This document shows, piece after piece, positions 51,568 through 64,000 of a stretch of DNA of 64,000 nucleotides. A model generated the notes under the pieces. That model did not search any database and was not told where the DNA came from. It worked only from the letters and a program-made list of their open reading frames with translations. The DNA comes from Squalus acanthias (Eukaryota), in NCBI GenBank assembly GCA_030390025.1, contig CM059431.1:138510001-138574000 (forward strand), given 5' to 3'. The number at the start of each line of letters is the position of its first letter. Position 1 is the first letter of the stretch. A program made the position numbers and the translations under genes.

Positions 51568-54025
51568 AAATTAATAACAATACTATGGAGGAGGAATTCC
51601 TGGAGTGTTTACGGGATGGTTTCCCGGACCAATATGTCGAGGAACCAACTGGAGATCAGGCCATCTTAGACTGGGTATTATGTAATGAGAAAGAATTAAT
51701 TAGCAATCTTGTTGTACGAGGCCCCTTGGGTCGGAGCGATCATAATATGATAGAATTCTTCATTAAAATGGAGAGTGAAGTAGTTGACTCAGAGACTAGG
51801 GTCCTGAATTTAAATAAAGGAAACTACGATGGTATGAGGTGCGAGTTGGGTAAGATTGATTGGGGAATGTCACTCAAAGGGTTGACGGTGGATAGGCAAT
51901 GGCAAACATTCAAAGACCGCATGGACGAACTACAGAATTTGTTCATCCCAGTTTGGCATAAGAATAAAACAAAAAGGGCGACTCAAACATGGCTAACAAG
52001 GGAAATTAGGGATAGCATAAGATCCAAGGAGAGGGCATATAAATTGGCCAGAAAAAGCAGTAACCCTGAGGATTGGGAGCAGTTTAAGATTCAACAAAGG
52101 AGGACAAAGGGATTAATTAAGAAGGGGAAATAGAATGGAGAGTAAGCTTGCAAGGAACATAAAAACTGACTGTAAAAGCTTTTATAGATGTGTGAAGAGA
52201 AAGAGATTAGTGAAATCAAGCATAGGTCCCTTGCAGTCAGAATCAGGGGAACTTATAATGGGGAACAAGGAAATGTCCGACCAATTAAATACATACTTTG
52301 GTTCTGTCTTCACAAAGGAGGACACAAATAACCTCCCAGAGATGTTAGGGAACATAGGGTCTGATGAAAGGGAGGAACTGAAAGAAATCAGTATTTGTAG
52401 GGAAATGGTGTTAGGGAAATTGGCAGGATTGAAGGCCGATAAATCCCCAGGGCCTGATAATCTACATCCTAGGGTACTTAAGGAAGTGGCCCTAGAAATA
52501 ATAGATGCATTGCTGATCATCTTCCAACATTCGATGGAATCTGGAACAGTACCCATGGATTGGAGGGTAGCTAATGTTACCCCACTATTCAAAAAGGGTG
52601 GTAGAGAGAAAACGGGGAATTACAGACCGGTAAGCCTGACATCGGTAGTGGGGAAAATGCTAGAGTCGATTATAAAAGATGTAATAGCTGAGCACTTGGA
52701 AAACAGTGACAGGATCGGACAAAGTCAACATGGATTTACAAAAGGTAAATCGTGCTTGGCTAATCTAGTGGAATTTTTTACGGATATAACTAGTAAAATA
52801 GATAAGTGAGAACCAGTGGCTGTGGCGTATTTGGACTTCCAAAAGGCTTTTGATAAGGTCCCGCATAAGAGATTAGCGTGTAAAGTTAAGGCACATGGGA
52901 TTGGGGGCAAGGTACTGACTTGGATAGAAAACTGGTTGGCAGACAGAAAGCAAAGAGTTGGAATAAACGAGTCTTTTTCCGAGTGGCAGGCAGTGACTAG
53001 TGGGGTACCGCAGGGATCTGTCCTTGGACCCCAGCTATTCACAATATATATTAATGATCTAGACAAGGGAACTAGATGTAATATCTCCAAGTTTGCAGAC
53101 GACACAAAGCTGGGTGGGCGTGTGTGCTGCGAGGAGGATGCCGAGAAACTCCATGATGATTTGGACAGGTTGGGTGATTGGGCAGAAGCGTGGCAGATGC
53201 ACTATAACGTCGATAAATGCGAGGTTATCCACTTTGGTGTCAAAAACAGAAAGGCAGATTATTATCTGAATGGCAATAGATTGGGAGAAGGGGAAGTGCA
53301 ACGAGACCTGGGTGTCCTTGTGCACCTGTCGCTGAAGGGAAGCATGCAGGTGCAGCAGGCGGTTAAGAAGGCAAATGGTATGTTGGCCTTCATAGCGAGA
53401 GGGTTTGAGTACAGGAACAAGGACGTCTTGCTGCAGTTGTACAGTGCCTTGGTGAGACCACACCTTGAGTACTGTGTGCAGTTTTGGTCGCCTTATCTGA
53501 GGAAGGATGTTCTTGCCATGGAAGGAGTTCAGCGAAGATTCACAAGGCTGATACCTGGGATGGCAGGAATGACGTATGAGGAGAGATTGGGTCGATTGGG
53601 CTTATACTCGCTGGAGTTTAGAAGAATGAGAGGGGTTCTCATTGAAACTTATAAAATTCTGACAGGACAGGACAGGACAGGACAAACTAGATGCAGGAAG
53701 GATGTTCCCGATGGTCGGGGAGTCCAGAACCAGGGGTCACCGTCTAATGATAAGGGGTAAGCCATTTAGGACTGAGATGAGGAGGAATTTCTTCACCCAG
53801 AGAGTGGTGAACCTGTGGAATTCTCTGCCACAGAAGGCAGTAGAGGCCAATTCATTAAATAGATTCAAGAAGCAGTTGGATATATTTCTTAAAGCTAAAG
53901 GGATCAAGGAATATGGGGAGAAAGCAGGGACAGGGTACTGAATTTGGATGATCAGCCATGATCGCATTGAATGGCGGAGCAGGCTCGAGGGGCCGAATGC
54001 CCTACTCCTGCTCCTATCTTCTATG
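51568..54025 (+). mobile_element. 5'-truncated CR1 LINE (EN end + RT; frameshifts and a stop)
   Basis: ORFs 51543..52133, 52135..52809, 52816..53760, 53702..53941; SDHNMI, FADDTKL; TTCTATG tail. Confidence 0.93.
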
Positions 54026-54369
54026 ATATACAGCTCTGCTTTTCAGTAAAATGTAACACGTACTATTTCGAAATTTTAATCGTAGACAGTTAGAAAACCA
54101 AAACAGTTCATGTGAAGCTTGGTTGACAGTAAATTTCTGAGAGAAGTTCCAATCTACATGGGACACCAATATTTAGTTAACTTGGCGAGTTGGGTGAAGG
54201 TGAAATGTTCCCTCTGATGGTGAATACTACCTGTCGCACAATGTACTGCAGACATCTCATTACAAATCCACAGGTGATTCTGGTTATATAGCTGTAGTGG
54301 TTATAATGGATAAATGATTGAACCCCCCACCCAGCAGAGCTGAGCTTTTGTACAAATAGCAAATCGGGA

Positions 54370-55273
54370 ATTGGGCAGCACTGAGAGAGGGACAGGCCCA
54401 CAATGTACTGATTGGGCAGCACTGAGAGAGGGACAGACTCACAATGTAATGATTGGGCAGCAATGAGAGAGGGACAGGCTCACAATGTGCTGATTGGGCA
54501 GCAGTGAGAGAGGGACAGGCTCTCAATGTACTGATTGGGCAGCACTGAGAGGGGGACAGGCTCACAATGTACTGATTGGTCAGCACTGAGAGAGGGAAAG
54601 GCCCACAATGTACTGATTCGGCAGCACTGAGAGGGGGACAGGCTCACAATGTACTGATTGGGCAGCAGAGAGAGAGGGACAGGCTCACAATGTACTGATT
54701 GGGCAGCACTGAGAGAGGGACAGACTCACAATGTACTGATTGGGCAGCACTGAGAGAGGGACAGACTCACAATGTACTGATTGGGCAGCACTGAGAGAGG
54801 GACAGGCTCACAATGTACTGATTCGGCAGCACTGAGGGGGGGACAGGCTCACAATGTACTGATTGGGCAGCAGAGAGAGAGGGACAGGCTCACAATGTAC
54901 TGATTGGGCAGCACTGAGAGAGGGACAGACTCACAATGTACTGATTGGGCAGCACTGAGAGAGGGACAGACTCACAATGTACTGATTGGGCAGCACTGAG
55001 AGAGGGACAGGCTCACAATGTACTGATTGGGCAGCACTGAGAGAGGGACAGACTCACAATGTACTGATTGGGCAGCACAGAGAGAGGGACAGACTCACAA
55101 TGTACTGATTGGGCAGCACTGAGAGAGGGACAGGCTCACAATGTACTGATTCGGCAGCACTGAGGGGGGGACAGGCTCACAATGTACTGATTGGGCAGCA
55201 CAGAGAGAGGGACAGACTCACAATGTACTGATTGGGCAGCACTGAGAGGGGGACAGGCTCACAATGTACTGAT
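54370..55273. repeat. 41-bp minisatellite, ~22 copies (TTGGGCAGCACTGAGAGAGGGACAGGCTCACAATGTACTGA)
   Basis: Period 41 read directly (54371, 54412, ...). Confidence 0.96.
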
Positions 55274-55386
55274 GTTCCCCAATTATTTGATCAGCTCTTG
55301 GGTGAGCTCTTGGGAAATGCTATACATTTCCGGTTAACATGTCACAGGGAAATGTAAATGTTATTGTGAAGGTAAAAAGGGGATTA

Positions 55387-56488
55387 ACAACAACAACTTG
55401 AATTGACATAGCCCCTTTCGCTTAGTAATAACGTCCCGAGAGAATCAGCAGGAGCGTATTCAGATAAAATGAAACACCGAGCCAAATAAAGAGATATTAG
55501 AACGGGTGACCAAAAGCCTGGTCAAAGAGGTGGAATTTTAAGAGTGAACAGGCGATAAGTAGAGGCGGATAGTGTTGGAGAGGGAATTCCAGAGTTCAGG
55601 GTCGAGGCTGCTGAGAACACAGCCGCCAATAGTGGAGAGGTGAAAATCAGAGGTGCACAAAGTTCAAAATTGAGGAGTGTGGAGATCTCGGAGGGTTGTG
55701 GGCCTGCAGTGTTAGGGATGGCTGAGGTCATGGAAGGATGGGAGACAAGGATGATAATTTCAAAATCAAGGCTTTGCCAGACCGGGAGCCGGTGTAGGTC
55801 AGCGAGCCCATGGGTGATGGGTGAACGGGACTCGGTGCGAGTTCCGATAGGCACAGCAGAGTTTTGGAGAAGCTCAAATTTACAGAGGATGGAACGTGGT
55901 TGGTTGACAAGCCTTAGCGTGTTGGAATAATTGAGACTGGAGATAACAAAGGCATAGATGAGGATTTCAGCATTTGATGGGCTGAGGCAGGGCGCAGACA
56001 GCGAATGTTACGGAGTTGGAAGTAGGTGGTCTTGTTGATGGAGAGGGTATGGAAGCGAAAGGTCAGCTCAGGATCTAATAGGATGCATTGGTTACAAACA
56101 GTCTGGTTCAGACTCACACAGTTGCCGGGAGAGGGATGGAGTCCGTGGCTAGGGAATGGTGTTTGTGGCCGCGACCAAAGATAATGGCTTTGCTCTGCCC
56201 AATATTTAATAGGAGGAAGTGTTTGCTCAGCCAATACTGGATGTCGGACAAGCTGAGTGATACATCAGAGACAGTGGAGGGCCTGAGAGAGATGGTGGTG
56301 CGGTCGAACTGGTCTCTTCAGTGGAATCTGACATTGTGTTTTTGGATGATGTCGCCAAGTGGTAGAATGTAGATCATAAACAGGAGGGGGTCAAGGATAG
56401 ATCCTTGGGGGATACCAGAGGTAACAGTGCGAGAGCGGGTAGAGAAGACAGTGCAGGAGATTCGATTCTCTTGCTACGATTGGATGAG
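55387..56488 (-). mobile_element. Degenerate L2-like LINE 3' portion
   Basis: ACAACAACAACTTG tail. Minus fragments SPITHGLADLHRLPV, YFQLRNI and a GIPQGS-like motif near 56400. Confidence 0.75.
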
Positions 56489-57431
56489 TCATAGTCGTAG
56501 AGTCATAACGGCATAGTAGGAGGCCATTCGGCCCATCGAATTCATGCCAGCTCTCTGCAGAGCAATCGAGTCAGTCCCATTCCCCCGCTCTATCCCCGTA
56601 GCCCTGCAAGTTTATTTCCACCAAGTGCCTATCCAGTCTCCCTTTGAAAACATTGAGTGTATCTGCTTCTACCACTTCCGTCGGCGGCGAGTTCCAGGTC
56701 CTCACCACTCGCTGCGTAAAAACGTTTTTCCTCACATCCCCCCTGTATCTCTTGCACAAAACCTTAAATCTGTGTTCCCTAATCCTTGTACCATCAACTA
56801 GTGGGAACAGCCTTTCCCTGTCTAGCCTATCCAAACCCATCATAATCTTGTACACCTCTATCAAATCACCCCTCAACCTCCTTTGCTCTATTGAAACCAA
56901 ATCCAGCTTCTCCAACCTGTCCTTGTAGCTAAGATGCCCGGAACCATTCTGGTAAATCTCCTCTGCATCCTCTCAAGGGCCTTCGCATCCTTCTTAAAGT
57001 GCGGTGACCAGAACTGGACGCAATACTCCAGTTGTGGCCTAACCAGCGCTTTATAAAGGTTCAGCATAACTTCTCTACTTTTGTACTCAATACCTCTATT
57101 TATGAAGCCCTAGATCCCATATGTTTGCTAACCACTCTCTCAGTAGGTCCTGCCACCTTCACGGACCTATGCACATTAACTCCCAGGGCCCTCTGTCCCT
57201 GCACACTCTTTAAAACTGTGCCATCATGTGTATATTCCCTCTCCCTTTCCTTCTGCTAAAATGCATCACCTCAAACTTCTGTTTTAAATTCCATCTGCCA
57301 CTTGTCTGCCCAGTCTGCTAGTCTTTCTATCTCCTGTTGCCGTCGATTGGTATCATCCTCACTGTTTCCCACACCCCCAAGTTTGGTGCCATCGGCAAAT
57401 TTAGAAATTCTACTTTTTATTCCAATATCCA
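56489..57431 (-). mobile_element. CR1 LINE 3' fragment
   Basis: EQRRLRGDLIEVYKIM..FTQRVVRTWN..GYGDRAGEWD. Confidence 0.88.
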
Positions 57432-58867
57432 GGCTCTCTCATGACTCCCTCCATATGCTTATGGAGGGAGTCACAGCACGCAGGGAGGTTCCCTTCTCTT
57501 CCAATGGATGGAAGACACCTCCCCAGGACACCAATGCAGCCTGTTTGCACACTGCATAGGAGGGCACAAGCAGGGATGTCGTCAGGAGGACCAGGCTGCA
57601 GTGGCACAAACCTTTCAATGATCTCAGTAGATTACAAAAAGTTACTGCAACGCACACTCAACTTCATCCTGCTGTGCCACTCATCAAATCCCCAACCATC
57701 TGCCTTCCCTATCCTACTCCTGCTAATCATTACTCACACCAACTTAGCTTGCACCTCCACCTCTATCTACACTATCTACATCTCACTAGCCACACCTCAC
57801 ACTCACCCTCAACCTACTGCAAGCATACCAAATAAGAACACACAAGGGTAGGCACTTGGGTGCTTTAGCCAATATTCATGTGAAGTTTGTGTTGATGTGC
57901 TGTGAAACATTGAAATCTTTATTTTCAACACACTGCGTTCTTGGACAGAATTGTGTGCATTTTTGGAATTGGCCTAGTGAGTTGCAGTGAATGGTGAGAC
58001 CCAATGGTATCCCCCACAATGCTGATGAGTGTGAATGGAATGGCTTGGGCATTGTAGAAATGTTTAATGGTGCTGGTGTGTGGTAGTGCCAACCTGGCAC
58101 ATCATGTGGCAGCCATGGTGTACAGTGTTAAGTGTAGCAAATCTGGCCATGGTGAGTCCATCCCTGGCAGCAATGTGCTCGGGTACTGATGCTCTGTGTC
58201 CTGTGCAGCATCAGGTTATTGCGGAGCAGGTTGATGCTGTTGTTGGTGATGCTGGTGTGCCTGGTGCTGCTGATCGTGGTGGGATTCTGAGGACCAAGGT
58301 GAGATTTTTTCAAGGGTACCGATGCTGCTGGATTAGATGGCAGCTGAAGTTGAGATGACAGAAGCGATCTGTTAATGGTGAGAGTTTGCTCCAAGGAGGT
58401 GACAGTGGATAGAGAGTTTACTCCAATCACTTCCTAACTGCATAAAGCGCAAAAGTGGGTTCCAAATCATGAAGGCTCCAGCTTCTAATTTTGGGAAATG
58501 AACAGCTGTAAAATGGTAGGTTTTAGACCACTTTGGCATCTGTCACCGACTCAGCAATGGAGTCATTGAGAACACGACATACTTACCTGACGTGATACCC
58601 GCTCTCCGGGAACCTCGTTAAAAACCTAGTCAAATGATAAGTACATGGGGAAATGATGCTTAACTACCTTTTAACAAGCTTTTAAGTATTTAAATTGGCT
58701 GACCCGCTATTTGGTGTCAGGTCTGTTCAGGGATGAAAGATCCGACATTTGGGAAACTCACGAGGAGGCGGGTTTACAGCGGGATACTGACCCGCTGTCA
58801 ATCTTTGTGCTTTTGACTGCGGACCCGCCTCCAAACCCGCACTCTGAGCGCCGGCAAAATTCCGGCC
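57432..58867 (+). mobile_element. Second copy of the degenerate Harbinger-derived element (left end lost)
   Basis: Collinear with 23240-23696 + 26932-27700. TIR-like end CAAAATTCCGGCC. Confidence 0.7.
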
Positions 58868-58869
58868 AA

Positions 58870-60797
58870 AGAGCTGGCACAAGGTTGATTCTTAATGATT
58901 TCTGTTAACTGTTACATTGAGATGCACTTGCATTGTTTGATGAAAGTGTTTATTGTTCTGAATTTGGTGTTGGTGTTGATCTTTGTAGTGGAGTGAGGGC
59001 CGGACCCATTAGGCTGGACTGAAGGAAGGCCACAGGATGGTGGCAGTAAGCACGGTGGTAAGGATTGTGGGACATTTGGGGTATTGGGAATGGAAGTGAT
59101 GATTTAGAGGAAGCGCTCTTCGATGAACTGATCTCGGAGAGCTGACTCAGCTCGGGGCACTGTGATCGATGCCTCTCCTCCTTCCGCTCTTTGTGCTCCA
59201 CTTGTTTCTTGAGCACTTCTCGTTGCTCCTCACGATGGCAATGGTTTGCAAAATGCAGCAGACGACTACAAATCTGAACACTAGCTTAGGGATGTAGCAG
59301 TGCTCGATTGTTTGGTCTGTGAGGTTTCTCACGACGGCATGGCTCTCATGGTAGGCCAGATCATCAGCTGTGCTTGGGTCCCTGACAGCAGTGAGCCCTG
59401 TCTAGAGGGACTAGTCCTTGTCGACAAGCACCAGCCTGAAACTTGAGGGCCTGGCTTGAATAAAGGCTTCACAGAGGACTGGCGCAGTATGAAAGAGTCA
59501 TGACTGCTCCCAGGATAATGGGAACAGGTCCGTATGACATGCTGCCTGTGGTCACTAACCAACTATGCGTTGAGGGAGTGAACTCCCTTACGATTGATCA
59601 ACATGCCAGGTTGGGGATGGGGAGCACTCAAGGCAAGGTAGCGGCGATCTATGGTACCTTGCACCCTGGGAAAGCCTGTCATGTGGACGCAGCCTAGTGC
59701 TCGCTCATCCTACTTCGCTCTCTCCTTATGGACAAACATATAGGTGTTCATCCTGGTACAGAGCCTCAGTGAACTCCCTGATACAGCAGTGGACTGCTAA
59801 CTCTGATAGATCACTGGTGTCACCTGCTGCAGCCTGAAAGGTGCCCATGGTTTTGAAGTTAAGGGCCACAGTGACTTTGTTGGCCACAGACAGCGATGCC
59901 CTTGCTGGACTTGTGTCTGCAGCAGGAGACATAGCCCGATGACTGCCCCCTTGGTGAAGTGAAGGCGCCTCAGTGACGCTACATAGAATTACCATTGAGT
60001 TTATAGCACTGAAACAGGCAATAGAGCCGAATAGGTCTGTGCCGGTGTATCTGCTCCGCACGAGCCTCATCCCACCGTACCATCTCACCCTATCAGCATA
60101 TCTATCTGTTCCTTTTCCCTCATGTACATATCCAGGTTCCCTTTAATGTCGGGGAAATGGCCCCGAATACTCGCTGTGGGCATGGCCTTCTGCGGAGTGC
60201 CTCTCCGGATCCCTCCTGTGTCAGCTGTTCTTGATCTCTGCTGGACTCCTCGCTGTTCTCTGCTCTATTCCCCGCTGCTCCCTCTCCTCCTTCAGTCCCA
60301 AAGGCAGTCCTAAGACACCACTCATGACTGCAGTCAAACTATCTATGAGTGTGTCAACATCAGTGCAAGATCAGCAGCATGTTGCTCTTTTTAGACAAAG
60401 CAACATTTCCAGAATGATAAAACACAGCAAGAAAAGCCCAGAAGTTAAGCAGCGGCCTGAACCGACAAGGCAATTACCAAACTGTAAGTTCCCCATGATT
60501 CCTTTCAATAGCGCTGGTGAGGGGTCCTTTCTGCCGGTTTGCGGCAGGTGTTGCTGGGCAGATTCAGCACATGGTGTGAGATGGTGCAGCATACCCAAAG
60601 CGGGAAAGGGTCCAGCAGGAAGCACTGGACCCTCATTTACATAATATATTCACTCTTAAATTATACTGGCGTCAACTCCCGACAGCACAGCAATGCCCGA
60701 TCCACAATTCAGGCTGGAAATGTGAGTGCGCTTCCTGCCCACAATATTGGCCGCAGGAGCTCGATAACCGGCAGTACGCGGCCCAATATCTAGGCCT
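58870..60797 (-). mobile_element. Degenerate Harbinger element with HARBI1-like transposase remnants (~59130-59960)
   Basis: Fragments KVTVALNF..GTFQAAAGD...AVHCCIREFTEALY, YPGSSHDSFILRQS and VVVCCILQTIAI. TIR-like end CCAATATCTAGGCC. A short CR1-tail-like insert lies at ~59980-60145. Confidence 0.75.
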
Positions 60798-61009
60798 ATG
60801 GCTAAACACTGCACTCACTGGTACATCATCCATTTGAGTCATCCAGGGAAGCCGCAATAAATTAATTTTCTCTGCTGATTAATCGGTGTATCAGACAGAC
60901 TGACCACTGGGAGTTTGATGTTTTATCCCGGTCAGTGACGTCCACTGGCAGCAAAGGCCAGTCACATGAACAGCTGGATAAACCACTGGAGTAATGACAA
61001 CATCTGCAA

Positions 61010-63270
61010 ATTTAAAATAAAAACAGAAAATGCTTGAAATACTCAGCAGGTCGGACAGAATCTGGAGAGAGAGAATCAGAGTTAACGTTTCAGGTCGATG
61101 ACCCTTCGTCAGAACTGGAAAAAGTTGGAGATGTAACAGGTTTTTAAGCAAGTGTAGAGGCAGGGAGTGGGGGGAGGGGATGAAAGGACAAAAGGAAAGG
61201 TCTGTAATAGGATGGAAGGCAGGAGAGATTAAAAGACAAAAGGAATGATGGTGCAAGGCAAAAAGAGATGGTATTGGGACAAGTTAAGAAACAAAAGATG
61301 ACTCGAGATGAAGTGTAAATGGCAATGGCAGAATCATCAACCGCTGCCATGTGAAAGAGAGAAAAAAATGATATGGACAGAGGTTATGGTCTGAAATTGT
61401 TGAACTCGATGTTGAGCCCAGAAGGCTGTAAAGTGCCTAATCGAAAGATGAGGTGCTGTTCCTCGAGCTTACGTTGAGCTTCATAGCAACAGTGTAAGAG
61501 GCCGAGGACAAAGAGGTCAGAGTGGGACTGGAGCGGAGAATTAAAGTGACAGGCGACCGGAAGCTCAGGGTCACCCTTATGGACTGAATGGACGTGTTCT
61601 GCAAAGCAGTCACCCAATCTGCGTTTGATCTCCCCAATGTAGAGGAGACCGCATCGTGAGCAGCGAATACTGTATACTAAATTACAAGTACAACAAGTAA
61701 ATCGCTGTTTTACCTGGAAGGAGTGTTTGGGGCCCTGGACAGTGGGAAGGGTGGAGGTAAAAGAGCAGGTGTTGCATCTCCTGCGCTTGCACGGGAAGGT
61801 GCCGTGGGAAGCAGTAGATTTGTTGGGGGTGAGAGAGGAGTGGACCAGGGTGTCGCGGAGGGAGCAGTCCCTTCGGAACGCTGAAAGGGGAGGTGAGGGG
61901 AAGATGTGTTTGGTGCTGGGATCACGCTGGAGGTGGCGGAAAATGATCCGTTGAATGTGGAGGCTGGTGGGGTGAAAGGTGAGGACAAAGGAAACCATAT
62001 TGTGGTTCCGGGAGGGAGAGGAACGGGTGAGAGTAGAGGTGCGGGAAATAGAATGGACACGGTCAAGAGCCGTGTCAACCACGGTAGAGGGGAATCCTCA
62101 GTTAGGAAAAAGGAAGACATGTCAGAAACACTAGTATGGAAGGTGGCATCGTCAGAGCAGATGCGGTGGAGACAGAGAAACTGGGAGAATGGAATAGAGT
62201 CGTTACAGGAAGCGGGTTGGCAGGAAGTGCAGTCCAGGTAGCTGTGGGAGTCAGTGGGCTTATAGTGAATGTTTGTCAAGAGCCTATCCCCAGAGATGCA
62301 GCAGAGAAGTCGAGGAAGGGAAGGGAAGAGTCGGAGATGGACCATGTGAAGGTGAGGGAAGGGTGGAAATTAGAAGCAAAGTGAATGAAATGATCTAGTT
62401 CAGGGCGAGAGCTGGAAACGGCACCGATACAGTCATCAATGTACCGGAAAAAAGAGGTGAGGGAGGGGACCCGAGTAGGACTGGAACAAAGAATGTTCCA
62501 CATATCCCACAAAAAGGCAGGCATAGCTAGGACCCATGCGGGTTCCCATAGCAACACCATTAATTTGGAGGAAGTTAGTGGAGTCAAAGGAGAAGTTGTT
62601 CAACGTGAGAACAAGTTCAGTCAGGCGGAGGAGGGTGGTGGCGGACGGGGACTGGTTGGGCCTTTGTTCAAGGAAAAAGCAGAGCGCTCTCAGGCCGTCC
62701 TGGTGGGGGATGGAGGTGTAGAGGGATTGGACGCCCATAGTGAAAAGGAGGTGTTTGGGGCCAGGAAACTGGCGTTGGAAGTGTCGGGGATGTAGGTGTG
62801 AAGAGACTGGACAAGGGGAGAAAAAAGAGTCGAGATAGGAAGAGATAAGTTCCGTGGGGCAAGAACAGGCTGAAACGATGGTTCTACCAGGGCAGTCCTG
62901 TTTGTGGATTTGGGGAGGAGGTATAAGCGGGCTGTGCGGGGTTGGGAAACTATGAGGTTGGCGGTCGTGGAGGGAAGATCTCCAGAGGAGATGAGGTCAG
63001 TGACAGTCTTGGAAACGATGGCTTGATGTTCGGTAGTGGGGTCATGGTCCAGGCGGAGGTAGGAGGAGGTGTCGGAGAGTTGGCTTTCAGCCTCCGCTAG
63101 GTAGAGGTTGGTTCACCAAACAACAACAGCACCACACTTGTCAGCAGGTTTAATGAGAATGCTGGGGTTGGATCTGAGAGAATGGAGTGTTGCAAGTTCA
63201 GAGGGAGGATGGTTGGAGTGAGTGAGGGGAGCAGAGAAAATCGAGACGGCCGACGTCACGCCGGCAGTTT
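61010..63270 (-). mobile_element. Degenerate Penelope-like element (RT + GIY-YIG fragments, pLTR)
   Basis: ILIKPADKCGAVVVW, SLYTSIPHQDG, GVAMGTRMGPSYA, FRYIDD, VYSIRCSRCGLLYIGE, GLNIEF in frameshifted pieces. Confidence 0.9.
61080..61116 (-). ncRNA. Minimal hammerhead ribozyme of the older PLE family
   Basis: AGUU CUGACGA AGGGUCAUCGACCU GAAA CGUU AACU: stem I AGUU/AACU, palindromic AACGUU stem III. Confidence 0.75.
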
Positions 63271-63491
63271 GCAATGAATATTTAAAGATAATCCCAAACC
63301 TGGTGTTAATGGTAACTTCATCCCACACATTTCAGAATCAGTGACAAGTGAAAATGAAGTTTAATTCTGTTTGCCCAGCTCTTGAACTTTTCACCCCAGA
63401 TTCTAGAAATCTCTTAACCAATGGTCAGAGTTAAAGCCTCTGATAATCAGAACCGTAATAATCTGTTTGAAATCTTCACCCCATCACCTAC

Positions 63492-63557
63492 CTTTCAGCT
63501 GACTGGGAACTTCGGATAAACATTCTGTGGCTTTCATGTCATTAAATCGAAAGAAAC
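63492..63557 (-). CDS. NLR linker exon, 66 nt ((G)FFRFNDMKATECLSEVPSQLK)
   Basis: AAACAG acceptor, G|GTAGGT donor, phase 1-1; bridges the CARD-like and NACHT exons in frame. Confidence 0.85.
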
Positions 63558-63648
63558 CTGTTTAAATAAATTAGTTTTCATCAAAACAAATCCGTGCACT
63601 ACTTTAGTAAAATATGTAATTTTAGATGTGAAATTGATTTTACCGTAC

Positions 63649-63820
63649 CGTGTTCCTGTATTTCTCTCAGTATTTTGTCCAGCTTTGGCACCCCATGGCG
63701 CATATTCACAAAGGATTTCCACATTGTCCTTCGGGCCCGAGAGCCTTTCTCCATCACCAGATTTAGGAGCAGTTTGGAACTGTCCGCCCGGTTTCCCTTC
63801 TCCGTGAGCTCAGTGACTTT
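63649..63820 (-). CDS. NLR death-fold (CARD-like) C-terminal exon, 172 nt (KVTELTEKGNRADSSKLLLNLVMEKGSRARRTMWKSFVNMRHGVPKLDKILREIQEH)
   Basis: CTACAG acceptor, G|GTACGG donor; LLxLVxxKG pattern of CARD helices. Confidence 0.85.
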
Positions 63821-64000
63821 CTGTAGAGAATAATGAATATATTGATGAGCGGAGTGAAGGGCCTGCAGTGAAAATGAACTGGGGCAGATTGTCCTCTTAC
63901 AGCACTTGGGCAAGAGGACTGTCTGGGTGGAGCAGGAGGAGGAAAACAAGTCGGTGTTGGTTTCCCACCGGGAACAGAGCCTGCTTTCGGTCCTGTGCAC

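Noticed and set aside
54177..54235. Candidate extra NLR linker exon
   Set aside because: A CAG|GT acceptor-like site exists but no good phase-1 donor; 63492-63557 fits cleanly instead.
54370..55273. CRISPR array
   Set aside because: Head-to-tail repeats without spacers.
63821..64000. N-terminal part of ORF 63599..64000
   Set aside because: Lies upstream of a clear CTACAG acceptor; read-through into intron sequence.

Overview
Eukaryotic, repeat-rich window, most likely from a cartilaginous fish (inferred from the NLR and CR1/Penelope/Harbinger content, not proven). Bases 1-13204 are a satellite of 23/26-bp units; its giant minus-strand ORFs are artefacts. Bases 14769-63820 hold one minus-strand NLR gene (CARD-like, linker, NACHT, LRR). 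Nine GT-AG exons splice into one open frame, and the 5' end lies beyond the window. The long introns are filled with nested mobile elements: CR1 and L2 LINEs, Harbinger-type DNA elements and Penelope-like elements (PLEs). Two structures stand out. First, a ~12.3-kb head-to-head inverted tandem array of near-identical PLE units, with 3 intact RT/GIY-YIG ORFs and 5 minimal hammerhead ribozymes, flanked by one 15-bp direct repeat. Second, an STK38L-like kinase exon with ~1 kb of intron-like DNA captured inside a CR1 and fused to a younger CR1 3' half.
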